A stretch of 64,000 bases of DNA from assembly GCA_009784945.1 (NCBI GenBank), contig WQXH01000003.1, forward strand, positions 14,773 through 78,772, read 5' to 3'. The first letter of the stretch is position 1. Every line of letters begins with the position of its first letter. The stretch comes from Coriobacteriia bacterium (GTDB lineage: Bacteria > Actinomycetota > Coriobacteriia > Coriobacteriales > UBA8131). This document shows, in pieces, positions 51,371 to 64,000 of the stretch. A program made the position numbers and the translations under genes. The notes beneath the pieces were generated by a model. That model worked only from the letters and a program-made list of their open reading frames with translations, had not been told where the DNA came from and did not search any database.

Positions 51371-52339
51371 TTGACAGGTGAATATTGGCATATTCCGGTC
51401 ATGCTGGAGGAGAGCAGAAGTGCGCTCGACTTAGACGCCGGTCAGGTGTTTTGCGACTGCACTCTTGGTGGAGCAGGACACGCCCTGGCCATTGCGCAAG
51501 ACATAGCACCAGGCGGTCTTCTTATAGGCATTGACCAAGACGATTCCTCCATAGCTCAGGCGCACTTGAGGGTCTCACAAACGCAGCTTCAAATACACTA
51601 CGAGATCCTCAAGGGCAATTTTAGGCACTTGGATGAGCTTCTTACCGGGGCGCGCATACCGGGCATAGATGGAATACTCTTTGACTTAGGTGTTTCCTCA
51701 CCACAAATTGATCAACCCAGCAGGGGCTTTTCTTACGCGCAAGACGCCCCTCTTGATATGAGGATGGATCCGGGCAAACAAACTATAACCGCAGCAGAGA
51801 TCATCAATACATTAAACGCTAACGATCTCACCCGGATCCTCCGAACCTATGGAGAAGAACAGTGGGCCTCGCGCATTGCAGCCCTCGTTGTGAGGAGCCG
51901 TCAAGTACAAGCTATCACTACTACTCAGCAATTTGCCGAGCTCATAAAAGAGGCAATTCCAGCCAGCCAGCGTCGCACGGGGGGTAATCCCGCCAAACGC
52001 AGTTTTCAAGCACTGCGCATAGCAGTAAATGAGGAGCTTTCTGCCCTCAAAGAGGGCATTGACTCGGCCATCAGGTGGCTTAATCCTGGCGGAAGAATAG
52101 TGGTCATCAGTTATCACTCTCTCGAAGATCGCATAGTCAAGCAAGCCTTTGCGGAGGCTGCCCGCAGTTGCCTATGCCCTGCCGAGCAACCAGTATGCAC
52201 CTGTAATCATCAGCCAATACTCACCCATATCAGCAAGAAGGCTCTGGAGCCTTCGTGCGAAGAAAGAGCGGTAAACCCACGAAGCAAGAGCGCCAAGCTT
52301 CGTTTTGCAACCAAGGCAAAAGAGGGTAAAGAATTGTAG
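51371..52339 (+). CDS. rsmH: 16S rRNA m4C1402 methyltransferase
   Basis: HIPVML, DCTLGGAGH, DLGVSSPQ, FQALRIAVNEEL, SYHSLEDR. Confidence 0.97.
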   Translation: MTGEYWHIPVMLEESRSALDLDAGQVFCDCTLGGAGHALAIAQDIAPGGLLIGIDQDDSSIAQAHLRVSQTQLQIHYEILKGNFRHLDELLTGARIPGIDGILFDLGVSSPQIDQPSRGFSYAQDAPLDMRMDPGKQTITAAEIINTLNANDLTRILRTYGEEQWASRIAALVVRSRQVQAITTTQQFAELIKEAIPASQRRTGGNPAKRSFQALRIAVNEELSALKEGIDSAIRWLNPGGRIVVISYHSLEDRIVKQAFAEAARSCLCPAEQPVCTCNHQPILTHISKKALEPSCEERAVNPRSKSAKLRFATKAKEGKEL

Positions 52340-52488
52340 CTGAGAGCTTAGAGCCACAGTTAAGAACAGTAGTGAGGGTCAGGAGCCAAAGAAGTTTGAG
52401 GAAAGAGCTTAAGAGAGGCAAGAAAGCCTCATAGGGCAGCACGAAGTAATAATACTCGGTAAAGAGCAAGGGCAAGAGCAGAAAGAAA

Positions 52489-53082
52489 ATGAGTCGTAGT
52501 AATCTAGCATATCGCCAAAACGCGCAAAGGCAGAGCTATCGAGCCGAGCCTATGCCTGTGCCGCGACCACAGTTACGTACCATAGAAGGCCAGGGCAGGG
52601 GAGTTAAGCCACGCAAGCAGCAAGCTCCCTGGGTACGCACTGCAGTGGTCATGAGTGCTGTGGTGTGCATAGCGCTTGCCACTGCCTCGGTGGCTCGGGT
52701 TACGATTACCAATGCCACGGTGCAGATGATGCAGTCTGCCGAACAAACAAGCGCAGCTATCAATTATGCTCGCATGGGCGGCGTAGGGCTCGAGGTAGAT
52801 CTTTCTTTGGCCAGCAATCCCACGAGGATACAAGACAGAGCTGCCGACTTTGGGGTATATCCTACCAGCAGGGTTAACACAATTTCTGCACTTAATGGTT
52901 TTTCTCAAGACACTATGGAGCAAATGGACGCGGCGGCTCAAGAAGCCAGAGCTCTTGAGCTACAGGTGCTTCTTGAGCATCAAGAGCCGCCATCTCAACC
53001 AGCGGCACCTAAAGAGCAAGGCGATGCGCTTAAGCCAGCGGCTACCATAGGCATTCTGCAAGCTGCGCCGAGCACAACATAG
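52489..53082 (+). CDS. ftsL: FtsL-like cell division protein
   Basis: Single TM plus helical region, LASNPTRIQDRA; lies between rsmH and ftsI. Confidence 0.65.
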   Translation: MSRSNLAYRQNAQRQSYRAEPMPVPRPQLRTIEGQGRGVKPRKQQAPWVRTAVVMSAVVCIALATASVARVTITNATVQMMQSAEQTSAAINYARMGGVGLEVDLSLASNPTRIQDRAADFGVYPTSRVNTISALNGFSQDTMEQMDAAAQEARALELQVLLEHQEPPSQPAAPKEQGDALKPAATIGILQAAPSTT

Positions 53083-53090
53083 GTATTTGC

Positions 53091-55079
53091 ATGGCTGCTC
53101 GCAATCACAACGCTACTCGAAGCCAGTCACCAGGTGCTCTACAGGCGTTAGGGCAGGTGTTTTCGGGACGCGATGGCATCATTTTGTTGGCCTTTATCTT
53201 GTTGGCTTCAATAATATTCATCAGGCTCTTTGCGCTTACCGTTATTGAGGCAGATGAACTATCGTTAAAGGGCTCGGCAATGCGCACTACAGAAATCACA
53301 CTTACTGCTCGCCGTGGCACATTGTACGACCGAAACGGCAACGTGCTTGCTACCAGCGTAGATGCAGTGACCATCTATGCCAATCCTTCCAAGATCGAAG
53401 ACCCAAAAGAAACTGCCGACATCTTGCACCAAATCCTTGGCGGCTCTGCAGGAGACTATCTCAAGGCTCTCACGGCTGACCCTCAATCGACCTTCGTATA
53501 CATTGCAAAGAAGGTTGATCTGGGGTACCAACAAGAGATAACGGACGCTAACCAGGCATATGTCAGCAAAGAGATTGCTGCTATTCAGCAGGCAGGTAAT
53601 GATATTCCCGCAGTCATCAGCACGCCGCTCACCGGCATTGAGTTCTTGCCAGACACGCGAAGAGAATACCCAGCAGGTTCTACAGGCTCCCAAATCATTG
53701 GCGCGGTAAACGACGAGGGCATAGGTGTGAGCGGGCTCGAGCAAGCTTACAACAGCATCTTGACAGGTGTAGACGGTGTGCGCATAGTCGAAGAAGCCAA
53801 GCGTATCAGTCAGAGTTACAACCCGCTTCCTATGATTAATAGCGTCATACGAGACGAAGAACCCACGGCGGGCTGCGACATCATTATTTCCATTGATATC
53901 GAGATGCAGCAGTTCCTCGAAATGAATCTGCAAGCAACGTCCAAGGATCGAGAGTGCGACAATTCCTCAGGACTCCTGCTGGATGGCTCAACAGGCGAGA
54001 TAATTGCTGCGGCTTCTATTCCTCTTTACGATCGAGAAAGGGTCACCAGCGAAGAGGTGCAAAGCGGTGCAACCAATGTAAAGGCAATTACCATGCCCTT
54101 TGAACCAGGCTCCACCTTCAAGGCTATCATAGCTGCAGTAGCCCTTGAACAAGGCCTTATGTCGGCTGACGACACCATCTACTGCCCTGCCTATTTGGAT
54201 ATTTACGACAAAACCATCAGGGATTCAACTGAGCGAGAAGGCATGAATATGAGCCTGCGCCAAATCATGGCAAACTCCTCAAACATCGGAGTTAGCCTCA
54301 TAGAGCAGCAGGTAGGAGACGAGCTTTTCTATGATTATCTGCAAAAGCTTCGGCTTGGCGAGTACACCCATGTAGATTACCCGGGTGAGACCGCCGGCTC
54401 TCTTGATCCTGTTTGGCGTTGGACGCCCGTACAAGCCGCAAATATCTCCTTTGGACAAGGCCTTGAGGTGTCGCTCTTGCAAATGGCAAGCATCTACGGA
54501 GCCATAGCAAACGATGGCATAATGATTCAACCGCATTTCTTGATGTCCAGACCTCAATATGATGGGGAGGTAGAATACCCCTACGCCCGAGTATTTGATG
54601 CCCAAACCGCAAGAGATCTTGAAGATATTCTGCGAAGCTGCGTTACCGATGGCTTTGGCATCAATGCAGACGTGACCGGTTTTGACACCGTAGGCAAAAC
54701 AGGCACTGCCGAGATTGGCAGCCTGAGCGGCGGCTACGAAAGTGCTTCTGGCAGCTACGTGTGCTCCTTTGCAGGATACCTCAACAACTCAACCAGCAAC
54801 TATGTCTTTATTAGCAGCTTCGAGGATCCAACAGACTTTTCTGACTCACCTGCTACCACCTTCTTTTCTGTTGTCATGTCGTTTGCAGCCAACCGCTACA
54901 TGATTCAGCACCAACAAGATGCTCCTCTTGAGGCAGAAGAGCAAGAAGATGCCTTTTTAATACCCGGGCTTAAAACGATTAGCACACCTGCAAACGCTGC
55001 CTTGCGCGCAGCAGGTCAGTCGCCAAATGCTGCTACCCCTCGAGCAGGTCGAGACTGGGACATGGATACTACCGGCTAA
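53091..55079 (+). CDS. ftsI: Division PBP (FtsI/PBP3)
   Basis: RRGTLYDRNG, FEPGSTFK, SSN, GKTGTA. Confidence 0.92.
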   Translation: MAARNHNATRSQSPGALQALGQVFSGRDGIILLAFILLASIIFIRLFALTVIEADELSLKGSAMRTTEITLTARRGTLYDRNGNVLATSVDAVTIYANPSKIEDPKETADILHQILGGSAGDYLKALTADPQSTFVYIAKKVDLGYQQEITDANQAYVSKEIAAIQQAGNDIPAVISTPLTGIEFLPDTRREYPAGSTGSQIIGAVNDEGIGVSGLEQAYNSILTGVDGVRIVEEAKRISQSYNPLPMINSVIRDEEPTAGCDIIISIDIEMQQFLEMNLQATSKDRECDNSSGLLLDGSTGEIIAAASIPLYDRERVTSEEVQSGATNVKAITMPFEPGSTFKAIIAAVALEQGLMSADDTIYCPAYLDIYDKTIRDSTEREGMNMSLRQIMANSSNIGVSLIEQQVGDELFYDYLQKLRLGEYTHVDYPGETAGSLDPVWRWTPVQAANISFGQGLEVSLLQMASIYGAIANDGIMIQPHFLMSRPQYDGEVEYPYARVFDAQTARDLEDILRSCVTDGFGINADVTGFDTVGKTGTAEIGSLSGGYESASGSYVCSFAGYLNNSTSNYVFISSFEDPTDFSDSPATTFFSVVMSFAANRYMIQHQQDAPLEAEEQEDAFLIPGLKTISTPANAALRAAGQSPNAATPRAGRDWDMDTTG

Positions 55080-55108
55080 GAGAAAAGTAAGATACAATAC
55101 GGACTCCT

Positions 55109-56590
55109 ATGAAACTTACACTAGAGCAAATCATCAAAACTTCCCACTGTGACGTGCTTGTCTCTCCAAACAACAGTGAGACAGTGCTCACGGCGCTTAT
55201 GTGGGACTCTCGCCAGGTTGTACCCGGCAGCCTCTTTGTGGCAATCAAAGGCGAAAAGGCCAATGGCAATGACTATTTAGTTGAGGCGATGGAGGCGGGC
55301 GCAGGCGCGGTAATAGCATCCGAGAATCCCTCCAGAAAAGTGATCCAAGCTGCCAGAGACCGCAAGGTGCTCTTGGTTCAGGCCAAGGACAATGATGAGA
55401 TCAAATCCCTGCTCTCGCTTGCGAGAGCCTGGCGCAGCAACCTTGAGGGCACGGTAGTGGGAATAACCGGTTCTTCGGGTAAGACTACCACCAAAGACCT
55501 TATTGCCAGTGTGGGTGCCAGATCCTTTGCGACTCATGCAACACGCGGCAATCGTAATAGCGAAATTGGTCTTGCAGAAACCATACTTGATGCTACCACA
55601 GAGCATGAGCTCATCGTGTGCGAGATGGGCATGCAAGCCCTTGGAGAGATAGCCCAACTGTGCGAGGCTGCTTTACCCCACATTGGTGTCATCACCAATA
55701 TTGGCGTTGCACACTGTGAGCAGCTTGGCTCCAGAGAAAATATCGCCCGTGCCAAAGCAGAGCTCCTGCTAAGCCTGCCCAACAATACCGGCATAGCCAT
55801 CCTGCCAGGTGACGACCCGTTTATGCCGCTCCTCTGCCAGTTTGCCCAGCTTGATGAGCGTATGGTGAGCACTATGACCTATGGCTTAGGAGAACAAAAC
55901 GACATCAGGGCTACGCATATTACCTATGACGAGATGGGTTACCCCAGCTTTAGGGTATGGATGCCAGATGGGCAGTGTCATCTGGTGAGTCTCAGCTTGC
56001 AAGGCGAGCACAATATACTCAACGCACTGGCCGCCATGGCAGTAGGTTTGAGAATCGGAGTTGCGCCAGTGAGCATTGCGCAGGCACTGGCTGCGGTTAA
56101 ACCTGCTGCGCTGCGCCAGGAGCTTCTTAAGACCACTGAGGGCGATATTATCCTCAACGATACCTATAACGCAAATCCCGACTCCATGCGCGCTGCGCTA
56201 TCGCTGCTTAAGCGTCTTGCCACTAACAATCTGCGTATTGCGGTGCTTGGCGACATGTATGAGTTGGGCAACGAGGAGGTCAACTATCACCGCCAGATTG
56301 GTGAGTATGCCTTCGTCAACGGAGTGGATGAATTAGTAACGGTTGGAGAGCTCGGCAGAGAAATTGCCGCAGGTGCCCTTGCAGTAGGCATGCCCCAGGA
56401 GCGTGTGCATCGATGTGCCAACGTTGATGAAGCTCTCGATGCCCTCAAGTCCATTAGATGCCAGTGTTTAAGTGAGCCTGCAATGAAGAATGAGGGTAAT
56501 TCCTGTATCATTCTCGTCAAAGCCTCGCGAGGCATGGAGCTCGAACGCATAGCTCAAGGGCTTAATGCCAGCGTAAACCAGGATGTATGA
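55109..56590 (+). CDS. murF: UDP-MurNAc-tripeptide:D-Ala-D-Ala ligase
   Basis: DSRQV, GITGSSGKTTTKD, EMGM, NDTYNANPDSM, LGDMYELG, KASRG. Confidence 0.95.
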   Translation: MKLTLEQIIKTSHCDVLVSPNNSETVLTALMWDSRQVVPGSLFVAIKGEKANGNDYLVEAMEAGAGAVIASENPSRKVIQAARDRKVLLVQAKDNDEIKSLLSLARAWRSNLEGTVVGITGSSGKTTTKDLIASVGARSFATHATRGNRNSEIGLAETILDATTEHELIVCEMGMQALGEIAQLCEAALPHIGVITNIGVAHCEQLGSRENIARAKAELLLSLPNNTGIAILPGDDPFMPLLCQFAQLDERMVSTMTYGLGEQNDIRATHITYDEMGYPSFRVWMPDGQCHLVSLSLQGEHNILNALAAMAVGLRIGVAPVSIAQALAAVKPAALRQELLKTTEGDIILNDTYNANPDSMRAALSLLKRLATNNLRIAVLGDMYELGNEEVNYHRQIGEYAFVNGVDELVTVGELGREIAAGALAVGMPQERVHRCANVDEALDALKSIRCQCLSEPAMKNEGNSCIILVKASRGMELERIAQGLNASVNQDV

Positions 56591-57660
56591 TAATCATGTT
56601 TAGCTTGACTACCATCAGTCAATACCCTGCCTTCTTAGTCTTCTTAGCCATATTCTTTTCAATGGCCATTACCATTGTTTTACTCCCTTTGTGGATCAGG
56701 TTACTCAGGGTGAGGCAAATTGGTCAGCAGGTTCGTGCAGATGGACCACAGCATCATTTGATCAAACAGGGTACCCCTACGATGGGCGGTGTGATTATCT
56801 TGCTTGCGGTGATGATTACCACTGCTGCCTGTGGCAACTTTTCGACCCCCGCGCATATTATCCCCTTGCTTCTGGTCTTGCTTGTCACGGCACTCGCCGG
56901 TATTATGGGTCTGATAGACGACCTGTCCAAGGTCGTCAAAGAGCGCTCATTGGGTCTTAGGCCCAACGCCAAGATGCTCTGCCTCTTGATGATTTCGGTG
57001 GCCTTTTGTTTAGGAGCGGTTAATTTTGCCGGCATCGAACCCACGGTGACCATTCCCCTGATTACCACCTTTGATTTGGGATTTCTCACTACGAATATCG
57101 ACTTGGGCAGCGGTGCCATACTTTCCATCCCATGGCTCTACCTGATTTTTGTCTTCTTGCTTATGGCAGGCATGAGCAACGCAGTCAATTTAGTTGACGG
57201 GCTGGATGGACTGGCTGGTGGCGCTGTCATGATTGCCATGGTTGTCATGGTGGCCATTGCCTATAGAGGCGACCAGCTCAATCTTGCCCTCTTTGCTGCT
57301 GCGGTTACCGGAGCCTGCGTAGGCTTCCTCTGGTTTAACGCTCATCCAGCAAGCATTTTTATGGGCGACACCGGCTCTCTTGCCTTAGGTGCAGGATTTG
57401 CTGCCTTGGCCGTGCTTACAAAAACCGAAGTTGTTTCGCTTTTTGTTGGCGGACTCTTTGTGCTGGAAGCTCTCAGTGTCATGATTCAAGTAGGCTACTT
57501 CAAGCTGACTCGCAAGCGTGTCTTTCTTATGGCACCACTGCATCATCACTTTGAACAAAAGGGCTGGAGCGAGACCAAGGTGGTTATACGACTGTGGATT
57601 GTCACTGCTCTATTTGCCTGTATAGGCTTTGCTCTCTTCTTTGCTCAAGGATTGTATTAG
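56587..57660 (+). CDS. mraY: Phospho-N-acetylmuramoyl-pentapeptide transferase
   Basis: KQGTPTMGG, NAVNLVDGLDGLA, FMGDTGSLALG, MAPLHHHFE. Confidence 0.97.
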   Translation: MIIMFSLTTISQYPAFLVFLAIFFSMAITIVLLPLWIRLLRVRQIGQQVRADGPQHHLIKQGTPTMGGVIILLAVMITTAACGNFSTPAHIIPLLLVLLVTALAGIMGLIDDLSKVVKERSLGLRPNAKMLCLLMISVAFCLGAVNFAGIEPTVTIPLITTFDLGFLTTNIDLGSGAILSIPWLYLIFVFLLMAGMSNAVNLVDGLDGLAGGAVMIAMVVMVAIAYRGDQLNLALFAAAVTGACVGFLWFNAHPASIFMGDTGSLALGAGFAALAVLTKTEVVSLFVGGLFVLEALSVMIQVGYFKLTRKRVFLMAPLHHHFEQKGWSETKVVIRLWIVTALFACIGFALFFAQGLY

Positions 57661-57710
57661 TACGATTAATGCGGCATAGTGCCCACAGCGAGCATGGTGC
57701 GACTAGCGTG

Positions 57711-59981
<2,271 letters not shown>

Positions 59982-60065
59982 TCATCATTATCTACATTAC
60001 CAGCCATTGACCGCCCTACAAGCATCCAGACTGCAAGTCCGCAAAATGCAGTATAAGCTAACCTG

Positions 60066-60312
60066 GTACACTGTATCAGCCAAACAGCAGCTTTAAGGCT
60101 GGTAGCATTTTTGTCACTCCCGCCTCGCAATTGGCAGGGTTTTGTTTTGCGCGGCCGTAGTATGCGATAACTCTCTATTCACTAGTCAGACTGTAGTCCG
60201 TCATTGCGGCCTCCGAGCCGCAATCTAACCGAAATGCGTCCCAGATTGCGGGTCAAGCCCGCAATGACGAATTGGTCTGATCAGTAACGCCTTTTTAGCT
60301 GACACAGTGTAC
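60066..60312. mobile_element. MITE-like element with a nested GTCATTGCGG palindrome
   Basis: Ends gtacactgtatcagc...gctgacacagtgtac; nested element at 60200-60268. Confidence 0.7.
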
Positions 60313-60387
60313 TCAGTATGGTGTCAGTAACGCAAAAGCACATTCTCTGTTAGACTAACGTGTTCATGTGAGTATAACTAAAACGGT

Positions 60388-61845
60388 TTGGTGGAACCAA
60401 CACTGCTCGAATTCAAGAACATTGATTTTTCTTATCCGCACCACGGAAAGAATGAGCCGTCGGTCGAGTTTGCGACCAGCGGTAATAGGCTTGCTGCGCA
60501 AAAGACGCTTTGTAACGTTGGGTTTAATATAGAGAGAGGCGAGCGTGTTGTTTTGTTGGGCGCAAACGGCTCGGGCAAATCGACGCTCGCAAAGCTGGCA
60601 AACGGCTTGCTCTTACCCACCGATGGTCAAGTTGTTGTTGACGGCATTTCAAGCTGGCAGCACGATTACTTGCTGGAACTGCGCAAAAATGTAGGCCTGG
60701 TAACGCAAGACCCCGACAATCAAATCGTTTCTACTACGGTGTTTGACGAAGTTGCCTTTGGGCCACAAAACCTCGGCTGGAAACCCAAGCGCATCTACGA
60801 AACAGTCTCTCAGTCCTTGGAACACGTTGGCTTATCTGAGGATGTTTACGCTGGTCGCGACCCCAACAGTCTCAGCGGCGGCGAAAAGCAACGCGTGGTC
60901 ATTGCAGCGCTCCTGGCCATGCAGCCCAATTACCTTGTTTTAGATGAGCCAACCTCCATGCTTGACCCTGCCGCTCGCATGCAAGTGCTCAAGGCCATTG
61001 CATCAGCAGCAAAGCGTGGGCAGGGGATCCTGCACATAACTCATAGGCTTGAGGAGGCGGTAAAGGCAGACAGGGTGTTGATTCTTTATCGAGGCAGACT
61101 CTGCTACAACGGTAAGCCAGAAGATATTTTGGGCAATAAAGAAGCGCTGATACGTTTTGGTTTACGAGCGCAACTTCACGTAAGGCGAGCATCAGAAGTT
61201 GCCGAGCCAATTAAGCACTCATCACTCACTTTGAGTGATGTTTCCTTTAGCTACCCCAACAGCCCTTCAAAGCTACCGGTCTTTGAGGATATGAATCTGG
61301 AGCTAAAAGCTGGCGAATGTCACTTGTTGGTAGGTGCGAGCGGTAGCGGAAAATCTACTTTGCTTACCTTGGCTGCCGGCTTGGCAAAGCCCAGCAAAGG
61401 AACAGTGCTTCTCGATGACAACACTCCCTTGCCGGGAGAGGTAGGCCTGGTCTTTCAGCATCCTGAATCGCAGCTCTTTGCACAAACCATCAAAGAAGAT
61501 ATCCTCTTTGGGCCAAGGAACTTGGGAATGCAGGTAGAAGAAGCGGGAGACGCATTGGTTAACCGAGTCCTCACCTTGGTAGGGCTCGACCCTGATAAGT
61601 TCAGGCACAGGTCTCCCTTCAGCTTAAGCGGAGGTGAGGCACGGCGAGTTGCCATCGCAACGGTACTCGCGCTTGGCACCGACTTTTTTTTGCTTGACGA
61701 GCCTACTGCCGGACTTGATGCGCGGGGCAGAGTCTTTATCTTTGAGCTTTTACAGAGCCTGCTTGCCAAAGGTAAGGGCATAATGGTGGCAACTCACGAC
61801 CCGGAGTTCTTCTTGCCCCTTGCCACAGGAAGGAGGGAGCTCTAG
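60388..61845 (+). CDS. ECF transporter ATPase, two fused NBDs
   Basis: GANGSGKS/QDPDNQ/LSGGEKQR and GASGSGKS/QHPESQLF/SPFSLSGGEARR. Confidence 0.92.
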   Translation: MVEPTLLEFKNIDFSYPHHGKNEPSVEFATSGNRLAAQKTLCNVGFNIERGERVVLLGANGSGKSTLAKLANGLLLPTDGQVVVDGISSWQHDYLLELRKNVGLVTQDPDNQIVSTTVFDEVAFGPQNLGWKPKRIYETVSQSLEHVGLSEDVYAGRDPNSLSGGEKQRVVIAALLAMQPNYLVLDEPTSMLDPAARMQVLKAIASAAKRGQGILHITHRLEEAVKADRVLILYRGRLCYNGKPEDILGNKEALIRFGLRAQLHVRRASEVAEPIKHSSLTLSDVSFSYPNSPSKLPVFEDMNLELKAGECHLLVGASGSGKSTLLTLAAGLAKPSKGTVLLDDNTPLPGEVGLVFQHPESQLFAQTIKEDILFGPRNLGMQVEEAGDALVNRVLTLVGLDPDKFRHRSPFSLSGGEARRVAIATVLALGTDFFLLDEPTAGLDARGRVFIFELLQSLLAKGKGIMVATHDPEFFLPLATGRREL

Positions 61846-62786
61846 TGGCCATCCCTCTTCCCTTTGGAAACTATCTGGCACGTAACACTGCGATTCATCG
61901 CATTGATGCGCGTGTCAAGCTCTTGTTGGTGGTCATGTACGTGTATGCACTTTTTGCCTGCAGCACCTGGGCGGGGCTTTTGGCCGCGTTATGTATACTC
62001 GGCGTGCTGTTTATTGTGGCTTGCATCCCTGTACGCATGGCGCTCAGAGGCCTCAAGCCCATCTTCTTCATACTTGTATTTACCTTCCTTGCCAATGCCC
62101 TCACCTTTAGTGCCTCAGAAACTGCACTGGTTGCGGGACACATGGCAGTAGGAGCGGTGCCACTGGATAATGCCACTGCAGAGGCCATGCAGACGGCTTA
62201 TGCAGAGGAGCGGTATCAATTGCTCTCGTTGCCCTTTGTCGGACAGGTCTTTTTTCTTGATTTACCTCAGTCGGTGCCGCTTATTGGGAGTTTTGGCATC
62301 AAACCTTTGGGCATCATAAAAGGCCTGTACTTTGTGCTGCGCATTAGTTTACTGGTGCTTACCACATCGCTTCTCACCTATACAACGTCCATCGTCAGTC
62401 TTACCGACGCCATCAGTAAGTTACTGGCACCGCTGAGAGCCTTTAAAGTGCCTGTTGAAGACATTGCCATGGTCTTTACCATCGCCTTGCGCTTTATTCC
62501 ACTCACTGCTTCTGAGGCAGAAAAGCTGATGGTGGCGCAAAGCGCCCGTGGAGCCACATTCAACCAAGGAGGGCTTGTCAAACGAGCCAAGGCCTGGATA
62601 CCGGTGATGATTCCGCTCTTTGTCAATTTATTCAGGCGCGCCGACCACCTGGCTCAAGCCATGGAAAGTCGCTGCTACGTTGGTCGAGGAAGAACGCAGT
62701 TGGCGCATTCTCGTATAAAGGGTACAGATATATGCTGGGCGGTCATTGGCTCTGCAGTTCTCATTGCCATTGGCATCTTTCTCTAG
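61845..62786 (+). CDS. ecfT: ECF transporter T component
   Basis: IHRIDARVK, IALRFIP, AQSARG, AMESRCY. Confidence 0.93.
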   Translation: MAIPLPFGNYLARNTAIHRIDARVKLLLVVMYVYALFACSTWAGLLAALCILGVLFIVACIPVRMALRGLKPIFFILVFTFLANALTFSASETALVAGHMAVGAVPLDNATAEAMQTAYAEERYQLLSLPFVGQVFFLDLPQSVPLIGSFGIKPLGIIKGLYFVLRISLLVLTTSLLTYTTSIVSLTDAISKLLAPLRAFKVPVEDIAMVFTIALRFIPLTASEAEKLMVAQSARGATFNQGGLVKRAKAWIPVMIPLFVNLFRRADHLAQAMESRCYVGRGRTQLAHSRIKGTDICWAVIGSAVLIAIGIFL

Positions 62787-62919
62787 GCGTGCACTGAATC
62801 TATGATGTATCATTCAAGCACTGTGACAAAACGCCTGTATTGCAAAAGACTGCTAAAAATCACTTGCTGCATGGGTTTGTGAAGCATTCTAGAAAAAGGA
62901 GCTGAGCCAAAGGTATAGC

Positions 62920-63156
62920 ATGACTGCCATTATTGTAAGCATACTGCGCATCTTGTTGCCGCTGCTCGTGCTCTTTTTGGTGTGGCGTTTTGTTATACCT
63001 CGCATGCGACGCCCCTATCAAGCAAAGTCTGAGCGAATCAATGTTGATGCCCAGGTGGTAAATACGGAGCAGCATAAGGTCAATCTGGAGGATTATAAAT
63101 CTTCGGATGTGTACTATAAACCACAATCTACAAGCAAAAAATCAAACGAGCACTAA
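62920..63156 (+). CDS. Small membrane-anchored hypothetical protein
   Basis: N-terminal hydrophobic helix, RBS-like aaagg; ends just before purH. Confidence 0.6.
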   Translation: MTAIIVSILRILLPLLVLFLVWRFVIPRMRRPYQAKSERINVDAQVVNTEQHKVNLEDYKSSDVYYKPQSTSKKSNEH

Positions 63157-63169
63157 AAAGGAGTACTCT

Positions 63170-64000
63170 ATGGCTAATCTCAACTCACCCATTAAACGAG
63201 CACTCATCTCTGTTACGGATAAGACAGGCATCGTGGAATTTGCGCGTATACTCGCCCTGGAGTTTGGTGTAGAAATAGTCTCAACGGGGGGAACCGCCAA
63301 GACGCTCATAGCCGAGGGTCTGCCCGTGAGAGCCATCGATGACCTGACGGGCTTTCCAGAAATGATGGACGGCAGAGTTAAGACCTTGCACCCCAGGGTG
63401 CACGGCGGTCTGCTGGCACGGAGAGACAACCCACTTCATCTTGAGCAAGCTACCTTGCACGGCATAGGACTCATTGATCTGGTTGTCGTGAACCTTTACG
63501 CCTTTGAAGCCACCGTGGCAAGACCCGAGGTAACCTTTGAGGAGGCCATAGAAAATATCGACATAGGTGGCCCAAGCATGCTAAGGAGTGCAGCCAAAAA
63601 TCACGCAGCGGTAACCGTGGCTACGCGCCCAGAGCACTACGACACTATCGTCAATGAGATGAGGCTCAGTGATGGCGCAACCAGCCTGGAAACACGCAAG
63701 CAGCTGGCACGAGAGGTCTTTGGGACAACCAGCTCCTACGATAACGCCATACACTCGTGGCTCCTGAGTCAAAACGAAGTAGCCGAGGCTAGCCCTGCTG
63801 ATTCTTCGCAGGCTATGGGTAAGCCAACAGAGGTCTGTCTCAAGCTCTCAAAGGTGCAAGACCTGCGCTACGGAGAAAATCCGCATCAGGAGGCCTCCTT
63901 CTATAAGCTCAACGGCGGAGGCAATGCCTTTACTTTAGCCAATGCCTTGCAGCATCAAGGCAAAGAGTTGTCTTACAACAACTATCTGGACCTGGATGCC
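63170..64000 (+). CDS. purH: Bifunctional AICAR transformylase/IMP cyclohydrolase, runs off the window
   Basis: [57 protein letters not shown]; RBS aaggag. Confidence 0.96.
   Translation, partial: MANLNSPIKRALISVTDKTGIVEFARILALEFGVEIVSTGGTAKTLIAEGLPVRAIDDLTGFPEMMDGRVKTLHPRVHGGLLARRDNPLHLEQATLHGIGLIDLVVVNLYAFEATVARPEVTFEEAIENIDIGGPSMLRSAAKNHAAVTVATRPEHYDTIVNEMRLSDGATSLETRKQLAREVFGTTSSYDNAIHSWLLSQNEVAEASPADSSQAMGKPTEVCLKLSKVQDLRYGENPHQEASFYKLNGGGNAFTLANALQHQGKELSYNNYLDLDA

Noticed and set aside
62787-63169. ZTP riboswitch upstream of purH
   Set aside because: No GACTGGCG...CGCCTGGGC consensus is visible, and a small ORF occupies the region.

Overview
Chromosomal window of an anaerobic bacterium, most likely Coriobacteriia (Actinomycetota). 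The taxon is inferred from gene order and protein style. Most of it is housekeeping: YbhJ-like aconitase (partial), cyclophilin, ndk, mreBCD-mrdA-rodA, a TIGR03960/TIGR03936 radical-SAM pair, pcrA, ABC-F, trpS, scpAB, rluB, rnd, moeA-moaA-moaC-mog, a shortened dcw cluster (mraZ-rsmH-ftsL-ftsI-murF-mraY), ligA, ECF A/T and purH (partial). The centre holds a complete formate hydrogenlyase-2 locus on the minus strand: fdhF (selenoprotein, in-frame UGA plus SECIS), hyfABC, then hyfDEFGHIJ and hycI. About 5.3 kb of unrelated genes and repeats separate hyfC from hyfD. Both halves are preceded by the same 18-bp promoter-like sequence. The window is rich in small palindromic REP/MITE-like elements of several families: intergenic, tandem, nested, and one flanked by 21-bp direct repeats. 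At least two appear to sit in frame inside protein-coding genes (radical SAM, ABC-F). No tRNA, rRNA, cas gene or transposase was seen.
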